NCBI GenBank assembly: GCA_964016885.1
Contig: OZ024743.1
Coordinates: 135,966,001 to 136,030,000 of the forward strand
Direction: 5' to 3'
From: Eledone cirrhosa
Taxonomy: Eukaryota
DNA: 64,000 nucleotides
The stretch's first letter is position 1; every line of letters begins with the position of its first letter. The position numbers and the translations under genes were made by a program. A model generated the notes under the pieces. The model had not been told where the DNA came from. It was given only the letters and a program-made list of their open reading frames with translations, and made no database searches. Below are positions 62,501 to 64,000 of the stretch, piece by piece.

Positions 62501-64000
62501 AATCACCAAACACCAAGCACGAAGCACCAAACACCAAACACCAAGCACCAAGCACCAAACACCAAACACCAAGCACCAAGCACCAAACACCAAATACCAA
62601 GCACCAAGCACCAAGCACCAAGCACCAAACACCAAGCACCAAGCACCAAGCACCAAACACCAAGCACCAAACACCAAGCATCAGACACGAAGCACCAAGC
62701 ACCAAGCACCAAACACCAAGCACCAAGCACCACACATCAAACACCAAGCACCAAGCACCAAACACCAAACACCAAACACCAAACAGCAAACACCAAACAC
62801 CAAACACCAAACAGCAAATAGCAAACACCAAACACCAAACACCAAGCACCAAGCACCAAGCACCAAACAACAACACCAAGCACCAAGCACCAAACACCAA
62901 GCACCAAGCACCAAGCACCAAATACCAAACACCAAGCTCCAAGCACCAAACACCAAGCACCAAGCACCAAACACCAATCACCAAGCACCAAGCACGAAAC
63001 CCCAAGCACCAAACACCAAGCACCAATCACCAAACACCAAACACCAAGAACCAAGCACCAAACACAAAACACCAAGCACCAAGCACCAAACACCAAGCAC
63101 CAAGCACCAAGCACCAAACACCAAGCACCAAGTACCAAGCACCAAACACCAAACACCAAGCACCAAGCACCAAACACTAAACACCAGGCTCCAAGCACAA
63201 AACACCAAGCACCAAGCACCAAGCACCAAGCACCAAACACCAATCACCAAGCCCAAAGCACCAAAGAGCAGAAACAAAACACCAAGCACCAAACACCAAA
63301 CACCAAGCACCAAACACCAAACAGCCAACACCAAACAGCAAACACCAAACACCAAATAGCAAAAACCAAAGAGCAAACTCCAAACACCAAACAGCAAACA
63401 CAAAACACCAAACAGCAAACACCAAACAGCAAACTCCAAACACCAAACACCAAGCACCAAGCACCAAATACCAAACACCAAACACCAAGCACCAATCACC
63501 AAACACCAAACACCAAGCACCAAGCACCAAACACCAAAAACCAAGCACCAAGCACCAAGCACCAAACACCATACGCCAAACACCAAACACCAAGCACCAA
63601 GCACCAAACACCAAGCACCAAGCGCCAAAGACCAAACACCAAGCACCAAGCACGAAACACCAAGCACCAAGCACCGAGCACCAAACACCATGTACCAAGC
63701 ACCAATCACCAAACACCAAGCACCAAGCACCAAACACCAAACACCAAACACCAAGCACCAAGCACCAAACACCAAACACCAAGAACCAACCACCAAACAC
63801 CAAATACCAAGCACCAAGCACTAAACACCAAACACCAAGCATCATGCACCAAGCATCAAGCACCAAGCACCAAACACCAAGCACCAAGCACCAAGCACCA
63901 AGCACCAAACACAAAACACCAAGTACCAAGCACCAAGCACCAAACACCAAACACCAAACACCAAGCACCAAGCACCAAACACCAAACACCAAGCACCAAG
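58570..64000 (-). repeat. Repeat at 3652-bp offset (58570-60340 / 62220-64000), with a 287-bp tandem duplication at about 61950-62520
   Basis: ORF pairs 58637/62289, 58851/62503, 59029/62681 and 59525/63177 differ by 3652; 61964/62251 and 62002/62289 differ by 287. Confidence 0.88.

Larger units (their letters stand above)
23168..64000 (-). repeat. Same heptamer satellite in inverted orientation: (CACCAAA/CACCAAG)n on +, about 5,800 monomers, continuing beyond the right edge
   Basis: Seen directly: the reverse complement of the left-arm consensus, with variants CAGCAAA, CGCCAAA, CACCAAT, TACCAAG, CTCCAAG, CACTAAA, CACCTAG, CATCAAG. Confidence 0.99.
48400..64000 (-). repeat. Distal HOR family with its own diagnostic variants
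   Basis: The marker CGCTAAA-CATAAAA-CACTAAG occurs at about 49561, 50939, 54383, 55809, 58229 and 61594. CACCGAG, CAGCGAA, CAGGAAA and the 6-bp CAACAA (49058) recur here and are rare or absent in 23168-39897. Confidence 0.85.

Noticed and set aside
1-64000. Hundreds of Leu/Val/Gly/Trp/Cys-rich ORFs (LVLGAWC/LVFGVWC)n, up to 866 aa, that look like membrane proteins
   Set aside because: A stop-free 7-mer gives the same heptapeptide in all three frames. The ORFs overlap in every frame, mostly begin at TTG/GTG/CTG inside the repeat and end at random variant monomers. There is no non-repetitive domain, and 6- and 8-bp monomers shift frame freely.
1-64000. CRISPR array or repeat-spacer system
   Set aside because: There are no unique spacers, no 23-47-bp constant repeat and no cas genes; all variation is within the heptamer.
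1-64000. Canonical telomere repeats (TTAGGG, TTTAGGG, TTAGG)
   Set aside because: No tandem runs occur. TTAGG appears only as isolated variant monomers, and GGG is rare.
1-64000. Bacterial heptamer repeats such as cyanobacterial STRR, or terminal inverted repeats of a foldback transposon
   Set aside because: Bacterial heptamer tracts are short and interspersed among genes. No genes, transposase, internal sequence or element ends are visible in 64 kb.
1-64000. Stable G-quadruplex or i-motif array
   Set aside because: Only GG/CC doublets with 5-nt loops are present, giving at best weak two-tier structures that the sequence alone cannot support.
1-64000. The binary T/C monomer string as an information-carrying code
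   Set aside because: The order is largely explained by nested duplications and slippage, and nothing in the window indicates a reader or template.

Overview
The whole 64-kb window is one heptamer satellite, (YTTGGTG)n = (CACCAAR)n, made of two dominant monomers (TTTGGTG and CTTGGTG) plus single-base variants. I found no unique sequence, genes, RNA genes, transposons or CRISPR arrays. Bases 1-23167 are G/T-rich on the + strand. At 23168 the array flips, with no spacer, to C/A-rich and stays so to 64000, so the G-rich strands of both arms point 5'->3' at the junction, as in an end-to-end telomere fusion or a satellite inversion breakpoint. The arms are not mirror images of each other. Rare variant monomers reveal kb-scale higher-order repeats (HORs) and at least four domains: a left arm with recurrent 6-bp monomers, a 16.7-kb domain in constant 7-bp phase (23168-39897), a patchier middle domain (~39.9-48.4 kb) and a distal HOR family (~48.4-64 kb). 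All listed ORFs are translation artefacts of a stop-free 7-mer. The organism cannot be determined; the scale suggests eukaryotic heterochromatin (inference). Coordinates and offsets were worked out by hand from the sequence and the ORF track, so block edges are approximate.
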